A DNA stretch of 64,000 nt, taken from NCBI RefSeq assembly GCF_009914755.1, contig NC_060925.1; one strand, 5' to 3'. Positions 14,489 to 27,857 of the stretch are shown piece by piece. Under the pieces are notes generated by a model. That model was not told the origin of the DNA. It searched no databases and was given only the letters and a program-made list of their open reading frames with translations. The position numbers were made by a program, and so were the translations under genes. Numbering within the stretch: position 1 is the first letter of the stretch; each line of letters opens with the position of its first letter. This DNA comes from the human T2T-CHM13v2.0 reference genome, Homo sapiens.

Positions 14489-16410
14489 ATGGAATCGTCA
14501 TCGAATGAATGGAATGCAATCATCGAATGGTCTCGAATGTAATCACATTCTAATGGAAAGGAATGGAATCATCGCATAGAATCGAATGGAATTAACATTG
14601 AATGGACTCGAATGGAATCAACATCAAACGGAATCAAGCGGAATTATCGAATGGAATCGAAGAGAATCATCGAATGGTCTCGAATGGAATCATCTTCTAA
14701 TGGAAAGGAATGGAATCATCGCATAGAATCGAATGGAATTAACATTGAATGGACTCGAATGGAATCAACATCAAATGGAATCAAGCGGAATTATCGAATG
14801 AAATCGAAGAGAATCATTGAATGGACTCGAATGGAATCATCTAATGGAATGGAATGGAATAATCCACGGACTCGAATGCAATCATCATCGTATAGAATCG
14901 AATGGAATCATCGAATGGACTCGAATGGAATAACCATTGAACGGAATCGAATGGAATCATCATCGGATGGAAACGAATGGAATCATCATCGAATGGAAAT
15001 GAAAGGAGTCATCATCTAATGGAATTGCATGGAATCATCATAAAATGGAATCGAATGGAATCAACATCAAATGGAATCAAATGGAATCATTGAACGGAAT
15101 TGAATGGAATCGTCTCGAATGAATTGACTGCAATCATCGAATGGTCTCGAATGGAATCATCTTCAAATGGAATGGAATGGAATCATCGCATAGAATCGAA
15201 TGGAATTATCATCCAATGGAATCGAATGGAATCAACATCAAACGGAAAAAAACGGAATTATCGAATGGAACCGAAGAGAATCATCGAATGGACCCGAATG
15301 GAATCATCTAATGGAATAGAATGGAATAATCCATGGACTCGAATGCAATCATCATCGAATGGAATCGAATGGAATCATCGAATGGACTTGAATGGAATAA
15401 TCATTGAACGGAATCGAATGGAATCATCATCGGATGGAAATGAATGGAATCATCATCGAATGGAATCGAATAGAATTATGGAATGAAATCCAGTGTGATC
15501 ATCATCGAATGGACCCGAATGGAATCATCATCCAACGGAAGCTAATGGAATCAACATCGAATGAATCGAATGGAAACACCATCGAATTGAAACGAATGGA
15601 ATTATCATGAAATTGAAATGGATGGACTCATCATCGAATGGATTCGAATGGAATCATCGAATAAAATTGATTGAAATCATCATCCAATGGAATCGAATGG
15701 TATCATTGAATGGAATCGAATGGAATCATCATCAGATGGAAATGAATGGAATCGTCATAGAATGGAATCGAATGGATTCATTGAATGGAATCAGATGGAA
15801 TCATCGAATGGACTGGAATGGAATCATTGAATGGACTCGAAAGGGATCATGATTGAATGGAATTGAATGGAATCATCGAATGGTCTCGATTGGAATCATT
15901 ATCAAATGGAATCGAATGGAATCACCGAATAGAATCGAATGGAACAATCATCGAATGGACTCAAATGGAATTATCCTCAAATGGAATCGAATGGAATTAT
16001 CAAATGCAATCGAATGGAATTATCGAATGCAATCGAATAGAATAATCGAATGGACTCGAATGGAATCATCGAATGGAATGGAATGGAACAGTCAATGAAC
16101 TCGAATGGAATCATCATTGAATGGAATCGAATGGAATCATCGAGTGGAATCGAATGGAATTATGATGAAATGGAATCGAATGTAATCATCATCAAATGGA
16201 ATCAAAAATAACCATCATCAATTGGTATTGAATGGAATTGTCTTCAAATGGAATTCAAAGGAATCATCATCAAATGGAACCGAATGGAATCCTCATTGAA
16301 TGGAAATGAAAGGGGTCATCATCTAATGGAATCGCATGGAATCATCATCAAATGGAATCGAATGGAATCATCATCAAATGGAATCTAATGGAATCATTGA
16401 ACAGAATTGA
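14489..16410 (+). repeat. Third 1,922-bp variant unit
   Basis: Same AATGTAATCACATTC, 147-bp duplication and CGTCTCGAAT markers as the units at 8869 and 10791. Confidence 0.9.
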
Positions 16411-19400
16411 ATGGAATCGTCATCGAATGAATTGAATGCAATCATCGAATGGTCTCGAATGGAATCATCTTCTAATGGAAAGGAATGGAATCATCGCATA
16501 GAATCGAATGGAATTATCATCGAATGGAATCGAATGGTATCAACACCAAACGGAAAAAAACGGAATTATCGAATGGAATCGAAGAGAATCTTCGAACGGA
16601 CCCGAATGGAATCATCTAATGGAATGGAATGGAATAATCCATGGACTCGAATGCAATCATCATCGAATGGAATCGAATGGAATCATCGAATGGACTCGAA
16701 TGGAATAATCATTGAACGGAATCGAATGGAATCATCATCGGATGGAAACGAATGGAATCATCATCGAATGGAAATGAAAGGAGTCATCATCTAATGGAAT
16801 TGCATGGAATCATCATAAAATGGAATCGAATGGAATCAACATCAAATGGAATCAAATGGAATAATTGAACGGAATTGAATGGAATCGTCATCGAATGAAT
16901 TGAATGCAATCATCGAATGGTCTAGAATGGAATCATCTTCAAATGGAATGGAATGGAATCATCGCATAGAATCGAATTGAAGTATCATCGAATGGAATGG
17001 AATGGAATCAACATCAAACGGAAAAAAACGGAATTATCGAATGGAATCGAATGGAATCATCGAATGGACTCGAATGGAATAATCATTGAACGGAATCGAA
17101 TGGAATCATCATCGGATGGAAATGAATGGAATCATCATCGAATGGAATCGAATAGAATTATGGAATGAAATCCAGTGTGATCATCATCGAATGAACCCGA
17201 ATGGAATCATCATCCAACGGAAGCTAATGGAATCAACATCGAATGAATCGAATGGAAACACCATCGAATTGAAACGAATGGAATTATCTTGAAATTGAAA
17301 TGGATGGACTCATCATCGAATGGATTCGAATGGAATCATCGAATAAAATTGATTGAAATCATCATCCAATGGAATCGAATGGTATCATTGAATGGAATCG
17401 AATGGAATCATCATCAGATGGAAATGAATGGAATCGTCATAGAATGGAATCGAATGGATTCATTGAATGGAATCAGATGGAATCATCGAATGGACTGGAA
17501 TGGAATCATTGAATGGACTCAAAAGGTTTCATGATTGAATGGAATTGAATGGAATCATCGAATGGTCTCGATTGGAATCATTATCAAATGGAATCGAATG
17601 GAATCACCGAATAGAATCGAATGGAACAATCATCGAATGGACTCAAATGGAATTATCCTCAAATGGAATCGAATGGAATTATCGAATGCATTCGAATGGA
17701 ATTATCGAATGCAATCGAATAGAATCATCGAATGGACTCGAATGGAATCATCGAATGGAATGGAATGGAACAGTCAATGAACTCGAATGGAATCATCATT
17801 GAATGGAATCGAATGGAATCATCGAGTGGAATCGAATGGAATTATGATCAAATGGAATCGAATGTAATCATCCTCAAATGGAATCAAACATAACCATCAT
17901 CAATTGGTATTGAATGGAATTCTCATCAAATGGAATTCAAAGGAATCATCATCAAATGGAACTGAATGGAATCCTCAATGAATGGAAATGAAAGGGGTCA
18001 TCATCTAATGGAATCGCATGGAATCATCATCAAATGGAATCGAATGGAATCATCATCAAATGGAATCTGATGGAATCATTGAACAGAATTGAATGGAATC
18101 GTCATCGAATGAATTGAATGCAATCATCGAATGGTCTCGAATGTAATCATCTTCTAATGGAAAGGAATGGAATCATCGCATAGAAACGAATAGAATTAAC
18201 ATTGAATGGACTCGAATGGAATCAACATCAAATGGAATCAAGCGGAATTATCGAATGAAACCGAAGAGAATCATCGAATGGACTCGAATGGAATCATCTA
18301 ATGGAATGGAATGGAATAATCCACGGACTCGAATGCAATCATCATCGTATAGAATCGAATGGAATCATCGAATGGACTCGAATGGAATAACCATTGAACG
18401 GAATCGAATGGAATCATCATCGGATGGAAACGAATGGAATCATCATCGAATGGAAATGTAAGGAGTCATCATCTAATGGAATTGCATGGAATCATCATCA
18501 AATGGAATCGAATGGAATCAACATCAAATGGAATCAAATGGAATCATTGAACGGAATTGAATGGAATCGTCATCGAATGAATTGAATGCAATCATCGAAT
18601 GGTCTCGAATGGAATCATGTTCAAATGGAATGGAATGGAATCAACGCATAGAATCGAATGGAATTATCATCGAATGGAATCGAATGGTATCAACATCAAA
18701 CGGAAAAAAACGGAATTATCGAATGCAATCGAAGAGAATCATCGAATGGACTCGAATGGAATCATCGAATGGAATGGAATGGAACAGTCAATGAACACGA
18801 ATGGAATCATCATTGAATGGAATCGAATGGAATCATCGAGTGGAATCGAATGGAATTATGATCAAATGGAATCGAATGTAATCATCATCAAATGGAATCA
18901 AAAATAACCATCATCAATTGGTATTGAATGGAATTGTCATCAAATGGAATTCAAAGGAATCATCATCAAATGGAACCGAATGGAATCCTCATTGAATGGA
19001 AATGAAAGGGGTCATCATCTAATGGAATCGCATGGAATCATCATCAAATGGAATCGAATGGAATCATCATCAAATGGAATCTAATGGAATCATTGAACAG
19101 AATTGAATGGAATCGTCATCGAATGAATTGAATGCAATCATCGAATGGTCTCGAATGGAATCATCTTCTAATGGAAAGGAATGGAATCATCGCATAGAAT
19201 CGAATGGAATTATCATCGAATGGAATCGAATGGTATCAACACCAAACGGAAAAAAACGGAATTATCGAATGGAATCGAAGAGAATCTTCGAACGGACCCG
19301 AATGGAATCATCTAATGGAATGGAATGGAATAATCCATGGACTCGAATGCAATCATCATCGAATGGAATGGAATGGAATCATCGAATGGACTCGAATGGA

Positions 19401-21609
19401 ATAATCATTGAACGGAATCGAATGGAATCATCATCGGATGGAAACGAATGGAATCATCATCGAATGGAAATGAAAGGAGTCATCATCTAATGGAATTGCA
19501 TGGAATCATCATAAAATGGAATCGAATGGAATCAACATCAAATGGAATCAAATGGAATCATTGAACGGAATTGAATGGAATCGTCATCGAATGAATTGAA
19601 TGCAATCATCGAATGGTCTCGAATGGAATCATCTTCAAATGGAATGGAATGGAATCATCGCATAGAATCGAATGGAATTATCATCGAATGGAATCGAATG
19701 GAATCAACATCAAACGGAAAAAAACGGAATTATCGAATGGAATCGAAGAGAATCATCGAATGGACCCGAATGGAATCATCTAATGGAATGGAATGGAATA
19801 ATCCATGGACTCGAATGCAATCATCATCGAATGGAATCGAATGGAATCATCGAATGGACTCGAATGGAATAATCATTGAACGGAAACGAATGGAATCATC
19901 ATCGGATGGAAATGAATGGAATCATCATCGAATGGAATCGAATAGAATTATGGAATGAAATCCAGTGTGATCATCATCGAATGGACCCGAATGGAATCAT
20001 CATCCAACGGAAGCTAATGGAATCAACATCGAATGAATCAAATGGAAACACCATCGAATTGAAACGAATGGAATTATCATGAAATTGAAATGGATGGACT
20101 CATCATCGAATGGATTCGAATGGAATCATCGAATAAAATTGATTGAAATCATCATCGAATGGAATCGAATGGTATCATTGAATGGAATCGAAAAGAATCA
20201 TCATCAGATGGAAATGAATGGAATCGTCATAGAATGGAATCGAATGGATTCATTGAATGGAATCAGATGGAATCATCGAATGGACTGGAATGGAATCATT
20301 GAATGGACTCGAAAGGGATCATGATTGAATGGAATTGAATGGAATCATCGAATGGTCTCGATTGGAATCATTATCAAATGGAATCGAATGGAATCACCGA
20401 ATAGAATCGAATGGAACAATCATCGAATGGACTCAAATGGAATTATCCTCAAATGGAATCGAATGGAATTATCGAATGCAATCGAATGGAATTATCGAAT
20501 GCAATCGAATAGAATCATCGAATGGACTCGAATGGAATCATCCAATGGAATGGAATGGAACAGTCAATGAACTCGAATGGAATCATCATTGAATGGAATC
20601 GAATGGAATCATCGAGTGGAATCGAATGGAATTATGATCAAATGGAATCGAATGTAATCATCATCAAATGGAATCAAAAATAACCATCATCAATTGGTAT
20701 TGAATGGAATTGTCATCAAATGGAATTCAAAGGAATCATCATCAAATGGAACCGAATGGAATCCTCATTGAATGGAAATGAAAGGGGTCATCATCTAATG
20801 GAATCACATGGAATCATCATCAAATGGAATCGAATGGAATCATCATCAAATGGAATCTAATGGAATCATTGAACAGAATTGAATGGAATGGTCATCGAAT
20901 GAATTGAATGCAATCATCGAATGGTCTCGAATGGAATCATCTTCTAATGGAAAGGAATGGAATCATCGCATAGAATCGAATGGAATTATCATCGAATGGA
21001 ATCGAATGGTATCAACACCAAACGGAAAAAAACGGAATTATCGAATGGAATCGAAGAGAATCTTCGAACGGACCCGAATGGAATCATCTAATGGAATGGA
21101 ATGGAATAATCCATGGACTCGAATGCAATCATCATCGAATGGAATCGAATGGAATCATCGAATGGACTCGAATGGAATAATCATTGAACGGAATCGAATG
21201 GAATCATCATCGGATGGAAACGAATGGAATCATCATCGAATGGAAATGAAAGGAGTCATCATCTAATGGAATTGCATGGAATCATCATAAAATGGAATCG
21301 AATGGAATCAACATCAAATGGAATCAAATGGAATCATTGAACGGAATTGAATGGAGTCGTCATCGAATGAATTGAATGCAATCATCGAATGGTCTCGAAT
21401 GGAATCATCTTCAAATGGAATGGAATGGAATCATCGCATAGAATCGAATGGAATTATCATCGAATGGAATCGAATGGAATCAACCTCAAACGGAAAAAAA
21501 CGGAATTATCGAATGGAATCGAAGAGAATCATCGAATGGACCCGAATGGAATCATCTAATGGAATGGAATGGAGTAATCCATGGACTCGAAGGCAATCAT
21601 CATCGAATG
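15362..21609 (+). repeat. Copy 1 of a 6,248-bp tandem duplication (ends +/-20 bp)
   Basis: Private variants and indels recur at +6248: GGACTTGAA 15381/21629, AAAAGGTTTC ~17521/23769, 94-bp and 762-bp deletions, GAAAAGAATC ~20190/26438. Confidence 0.92.
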
Positions 21610-24600
21610 GAATCGAATGGAATCATCGAATGGACTTGAATGGAATAATCATTGAACGGAATCGAATGGAATCATCATCGGATGGAAATGAATGGAATCA
21701 TCATCGAATGGAATCGAATAGAATTATGGAATGAAATCCAGTGTGATCATCATCGAATGGACCCGAATGGAATCATCATCCAACGGAAGCTAATGGAATC
21801 AACATCGAATGAATCGAATGGAAACACCATCGAATTGAAACGAATGGAATTATCATGAAATTGAAATGGATGGACTCATCATCGAATGGATTCGAATGGA
21901 ATCATCGAATAAAATTGATTGAAATCATCATCCAATGGAATCGAATGGTATCATTGAATGGAATCGAATGGAATCATCATCAGATGGAAATGAATGGAAT
22001 CGTCATAGAATGGAATCGAATGGATTCATTGAATGGAATCAGATGGAATCATCGAATGGACTGGAATGGAATCATTGAATGGACTCGAAAGGGATCATGA
22101 TTGAATGGAATTGAATGGAATCATCGAATGGTCTCGATTGGAATCATTATCAAATGGAATCGAATGGAATCACCGAATAGAATCGAATGGAACAATCATC
22201 GAATGGACTCAAATGGAATTATCCTCAAATGGAATCGAATGGAATTATCAAATGCAATCGAATGGAATTATCGAATGCAATCGAATAGAATAATCGAATG
22301 GACTCGAATGGAATCATCGAATGGAATGGAATGGAACAGTCAATGAACTCGAATGGAATCATCATTGAATGGAATCGAATGGAATCATCGAGTGGAATCG
22401 AATGGAATTATGATGAAATGGAATCGAATGTAATCATCATCAAATGGAATCAAAAATAACCATCATCAATTGGTATTGAATGGAATTGTCTTCAAATGGA
22501 ATTCAAAGGAATCATCATCAAATGGAACCGAATGGAATCCTCATTGAATGGAAATGAAAGGGGTCATCATCTAATGGAATCGCATGGAATCATCATCAAA
22601 TGGAATCGAATGGAATCATCATCAAATGGAATCTAATGGAATCATTGAACAGAATTGAATGGAATCGTCATCGAATGAATTGAATGCAATCATCGAATGG
22701 TCTCGAATGGAATCATCTTCTAATGGAAAGGAATGGAATCATCGCATAGAATCGAATGGAATTATCATCGAATGGAATCGAATGGTATCAACACCAAACG
22801 GAAAAAAACGGAATTATCGAATGGAATCGAAGAGAATCTTCGAACGGACCCGAATGGAATCATCTAATGGAATGGAATGGAATAATCCATGGACTCGAAT
22901 GCAATCATCATCGAATGGAATCGAATGGAATCATCGAATGGACTCGAATGGAATAATCATTGAACGGAATCGAATGGAATCATCATCGGATGGAAACGAA
23001 TGGAATCATCATCGAATGGAAATGAAAGGAGTCATCATCTAATGGAATTGCATGGAATCATCATAAAATGGAATCGAATGGAATCAACATCAAATGGAAT
23101 CAAATGGAATAATTGAACGGAATTGAATGGAATCGTCATCGAATGAATTGAATGCAATCATCGAATGGTCTAGAATGGAATCATCTTCAAATGGAATGGA
23201 ATGGAATCATCGCATAGAATCGAATTGAAGTATCATCGAATGGAATGGAATGGAATCAACATCAAACGGAAAAAAACGGAATTATCGAATGGAATCGAAT
23301 GGAATCATCGAATGGACTCGAATGGAATAATCATTGAACGGAATCGAATGGAATCATCATCGGATGGAAATGAATGGAATCATCATCGAATGGAATCGAA
23401 TAGAATTATGGAATGAAATCCAGTGTGATCATCATCGAATGAACCCGAATGGAATCATCATCCAACGGAAGCTAATGGAATCAACATCGAATGAATCGAA
23501 TGGAAACACCATCGAATTGAAACGAATGGAATTATCTTGAAATTGAAATGGATGGACTCATCATCGAATGGATTCGAATGGAATCATCGAATAAAATTGA
23601 TTGAAATCATCATCCAATGGAATCGAATGGTATCATTGAATGGAATCGAATGGAATCATCATCAGATGGAAATGAATGGAATCGTCATAGAATGGAATCG
23701 AATGGATTCATTGAATGGAATCAGATGGAATCATCGAATGGACTGGAATGGAATCATTGAATGGACTCAAAAGGTTTCATGATTGAATGGAATTGAATGG
23801 AATCATCGAATGGTCTCGATTGGAATCATTATCAAATGGAATCGAATGGAATCACCGAATAGAATCGAATGGAACAATCATCGAATGGACTCAAATGGAA
23901 TTATCCTCAAATGGAATCGAATGGAATTATCGAATGCATTCGAATGGAATTATCGAATGCAATCGAATAGAATCATCGAATGGACTCGAATGGAATCATC
24001 GAATGGAATGGAATGGAACAGTCAATGAACTCGAATGGAATCATCATTGAATGGAATCGAATGGAATCATCGAGTGGAATCGAATGGAATTATGATCAAA
24101 TGGAATCGAATGTAATCATCATCAAATGGAATCAAACATAACCATCATCAATTGGTATTGAATGGAATTCTCATCAAATGGAATTCAAAGGAATCATCAT
24201 CAAATGGAACTGAATGGAATCCTCATTGAATGGAAATGAAAGGGGTCATCATCTAATGGAATCGCATGGAATCATCATCAAATGGAATCGAATGGAATCA
24301 TCATCAAATGGAATCTGATGGAATCATTGAACAGAATTGAATGGAATCGTCATCGAATGAATTGAATGCAATCATCGAATGGTCTCGAATGTAATCATCT
24401 TCTAATGGAAAGGAATGGAATCATCGCATAGAAACGAATAGAATTAACATTGAATGGACTCGAATGGAATCAACATCAAATGGAATCAAGCGGAATTATC
24501 GAATGAAACCGAAGAGAATCATCGAATGGACTCGAATGGAATCATCTAATGGAATGGAATGGAATAATCCACGGACTCGAATGCAATCATCATCGTATAG

Positions 24601-27600
24601 AATCGAATGGAATCATCGAATGGACTCGAATGGAATAACCATTGAACGGAATCGAATGGAATCATCATCGGATGGAAACGAATGGAATCATCATCGAATG
24701 GAAATGTAAGGAGTCATCATCTAATGGAATTGCATGGAATCATCATCAAATGGAATCGAATGGAATCAACATCAAATGGAATCAAATGGAATCATTGAAC
24801 GGAATTGAATGGAATCGTCATCGAATGAATTGAATGCAATCATCGAATGGTCTCGAATGGAATCATCTTCAAATGGAATGGAATGGAATCATCGCATAGA
24901 ATCGAATGGAATTATCATCGAATGGAATCGAATGGTATCAACATCAAACGGAAAAAAACGGAATTATCGAATGCAATCGAAGAGAATCATCGAATGGACT
25001 CGAATGGAATCATCGAATGGAATGGAATGGAACAGTCAATGAACACGAATGGAATCATCATTGAATGGAATCGAATGGAATCATCGAGTGGAATCGAATG
25101 GAATTATGATCAAATGGAATCGAATGTAATCATCATCAAATGGAATCAAAAATAACCATCATCAATTGGTATTGAATGGAATTGTCATCAAATGGAATTC
25201 AAAGGAATCATCATCAAATGGAACCGAATGGAATCCTCATTGAATGGAAATGAAAGGGGTCATCATCTAATGGAATCGCATGGAATCATCATCAAATGGA
25301 ATCGAATGGAATCATCATCAAATGGAATCTAATGGAATCATTGAACAGAATTGAATGGAATCGTCATCGAATGAATTGAATGCAATCATCGAATGGTCTC
25401 GAATGGAATCATCTTCTAATGGAAAGGAATGGAATCATCGCATAGAATCGAATGGAATTATCATCGAATGGAATCGAATGGTATCAACACCAAACGGAAA
25501 AAAACGGAATTATCGAATGGAATCGAAGAGAATCTTCGAACGGACCCGAATGGAATCATCTAATGGAATGGAATGGAATAATCCATGGACTCGAATGCAA
25601 TCATCATCGAATGGAATGGAATGGAATCATCGAATGGACTCGAATGGAATAATCATTGAACGGAATCGAATGGAATCATCATCGGATGGAAACGAATGGA
25701 ATCATCATCGAATGGAAATGAAAGGAGTCATCATCTAATGGAATTGCATGGAATCATCATAAAATGGAATCGAATGGAATCAACATCAAATGGAATCAAA
25801 TGGAATCATTGAACGGAATTGAATGGAATCGTCATCGAATGAATTGAATGCAATCATCGAATGGTCTCGAATGGAATCATCTTCAAATGGAATGGAATGG
25901 AATCATCGCATAGAATCGAATGGAATTATCATCGAATGGAATCGAATGGAATCAACATCAAACGGAAAAAAACGGAATTATCGAATGGAATCGAAGAGAA
26001 TCATCGAATGGACCCGAATGGAATCATCTAATGGAATGGAATGGAATAATCCATGGACTCGAATGCAATCATCATCGAATGGAATCGAATGGAATCATCG
26101 AATGGACTCGAATGGAATAATCATTGAACGGAATCGAATGGAATCATCATCGGATGGAAATGAATGGAATCATCATCGAATGGAATCGAATAGAATTATG
26201 GAATGAAATCCAGTGTGATCATCATCGAATGGACCCGAATGGAATCATCATCCAACGGAAGCTAATGGAATCAACATCGAATGAATCAAATGGAAACACC
26301 ATCGAATTGAAACGAATGGAATTATCATGAAATTGAAATGGATGGACTCATCATCGAATGGATTCGAATGGAATCATCGAATAAAATTGATTGAAATCAT
26401 CATCGAATGGAATCGAATGGTATCATTGAATGGAATCGAAAAGAATCATCATCAGATGGAAATGAATGGAATCGTCATAGAATGGAATCGAATGGATTCA
26501 TTGAATGGAATCAGATGGAATCATCGAATGGACTGGAATGGAATCATTGAATGGACTCGAAAGGGATCATGATTGAATGGAATTGAATGGAATCATCGAA
26601 TGGTCTCGATTGGAATCATTATCAAATGGAATCGAATGGAATCACCGAATAGAATCGAATGGAACAATCATCGAATGGACTCAAATGGAATTATCCTCAA
26701 ATGGAATCGAATGGAATTATCGAATGCAATCGAATGGAATTATCGAATGCAATCGAATAGAATCATCGAATGGACTCGAATGGAATCATCCAATGGAATG
26801 GAATGGAACAGTCAATGAACTCGAATGGAATCATCATTGAATGGAATCGAATGGAATCATCGAGTGGAATCGAATGGAATTATGATCAAATGGAATCGAA
26901 TGTAATCATCATCAAATGGAATCAAAAATAACCATCATCAATTGGTATTGAATGGAATTGTCATCAAATGGAATTCAAAGGAATCATCATCAAATGGAAC
27001 CGAATGGAATCCTCATTGAATGGAAATGAAAGGGGTCATCATCTAATGGAATCGCATGGAATCATCATCAAATGGAATCGAATGGAATCATCATCAAATG
27101 GAATCTAATGGAATCATTGAACAGAATTGAATGGAATGGTCATCGAATGAATTGAATGCAATCATCGAATGGTCTCGAATGGAATCATCTTCTAATGGAA
27201 AGGAATGGAATCATCGCATAGAATCGAATGGAATTATCATCGAATGGAATCGAATGGTATCAACACCAAACGGAAAAAAACGGAATTATCGAATGGAATC
27301 GAAGAGAATCTTCGAACGGACCCGAATGGAATCATCTAATGGAATGGAATGGAATAATCCATGGACTCGAATGCAATCATCATCGAATGGAATCGAATGG
27401 AATCATCGAATGGACTCGAATGGAATAATCATTGAACGGAATCGAATGGAATCATCATCGGATGGAAACGAATGGAATCATCATCGAATGGAAATGAAAG
27501 GAGTCATCATCTAATGGAATTGCATGGAATCATCATAAAATGGAATCGAATGGAATCAACATCAAATGGAATCAAATGGAATCATTGAACGGAATTGAAT

Positions 27601-27857
27601 GGAGTCGTCATCGAATGAATTGAATGCAATCATCGAATGGTCTCGAATGGAATCATCTTCAAATGGAATGGAATGGAATCATCGCATAGAATCGAATGGA
27701 ATTATCATCGAATGGAATCGAATGGAATCAACCTCAAACGGAAAAAAACGGAATTATCGAATGGAATCGAAGAGAATCATCGAATGGACCCGAATGGAAT
27801 CATCTAATGGAATGGAATGGAGTAATCCATGGACTCGAAGGCAATCATCATCGAATG
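21610..27857 (+). repeat. Copy 2 of the 6,248-bp tandem duplication (ends +/-20 bp)
   Basis: Anchor pairs 16411/22659, 18093/24341, 19107/25355 and 20883/27131 all differ by 6248 (1682+1014+1776+1776). Confidence 0.92.
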
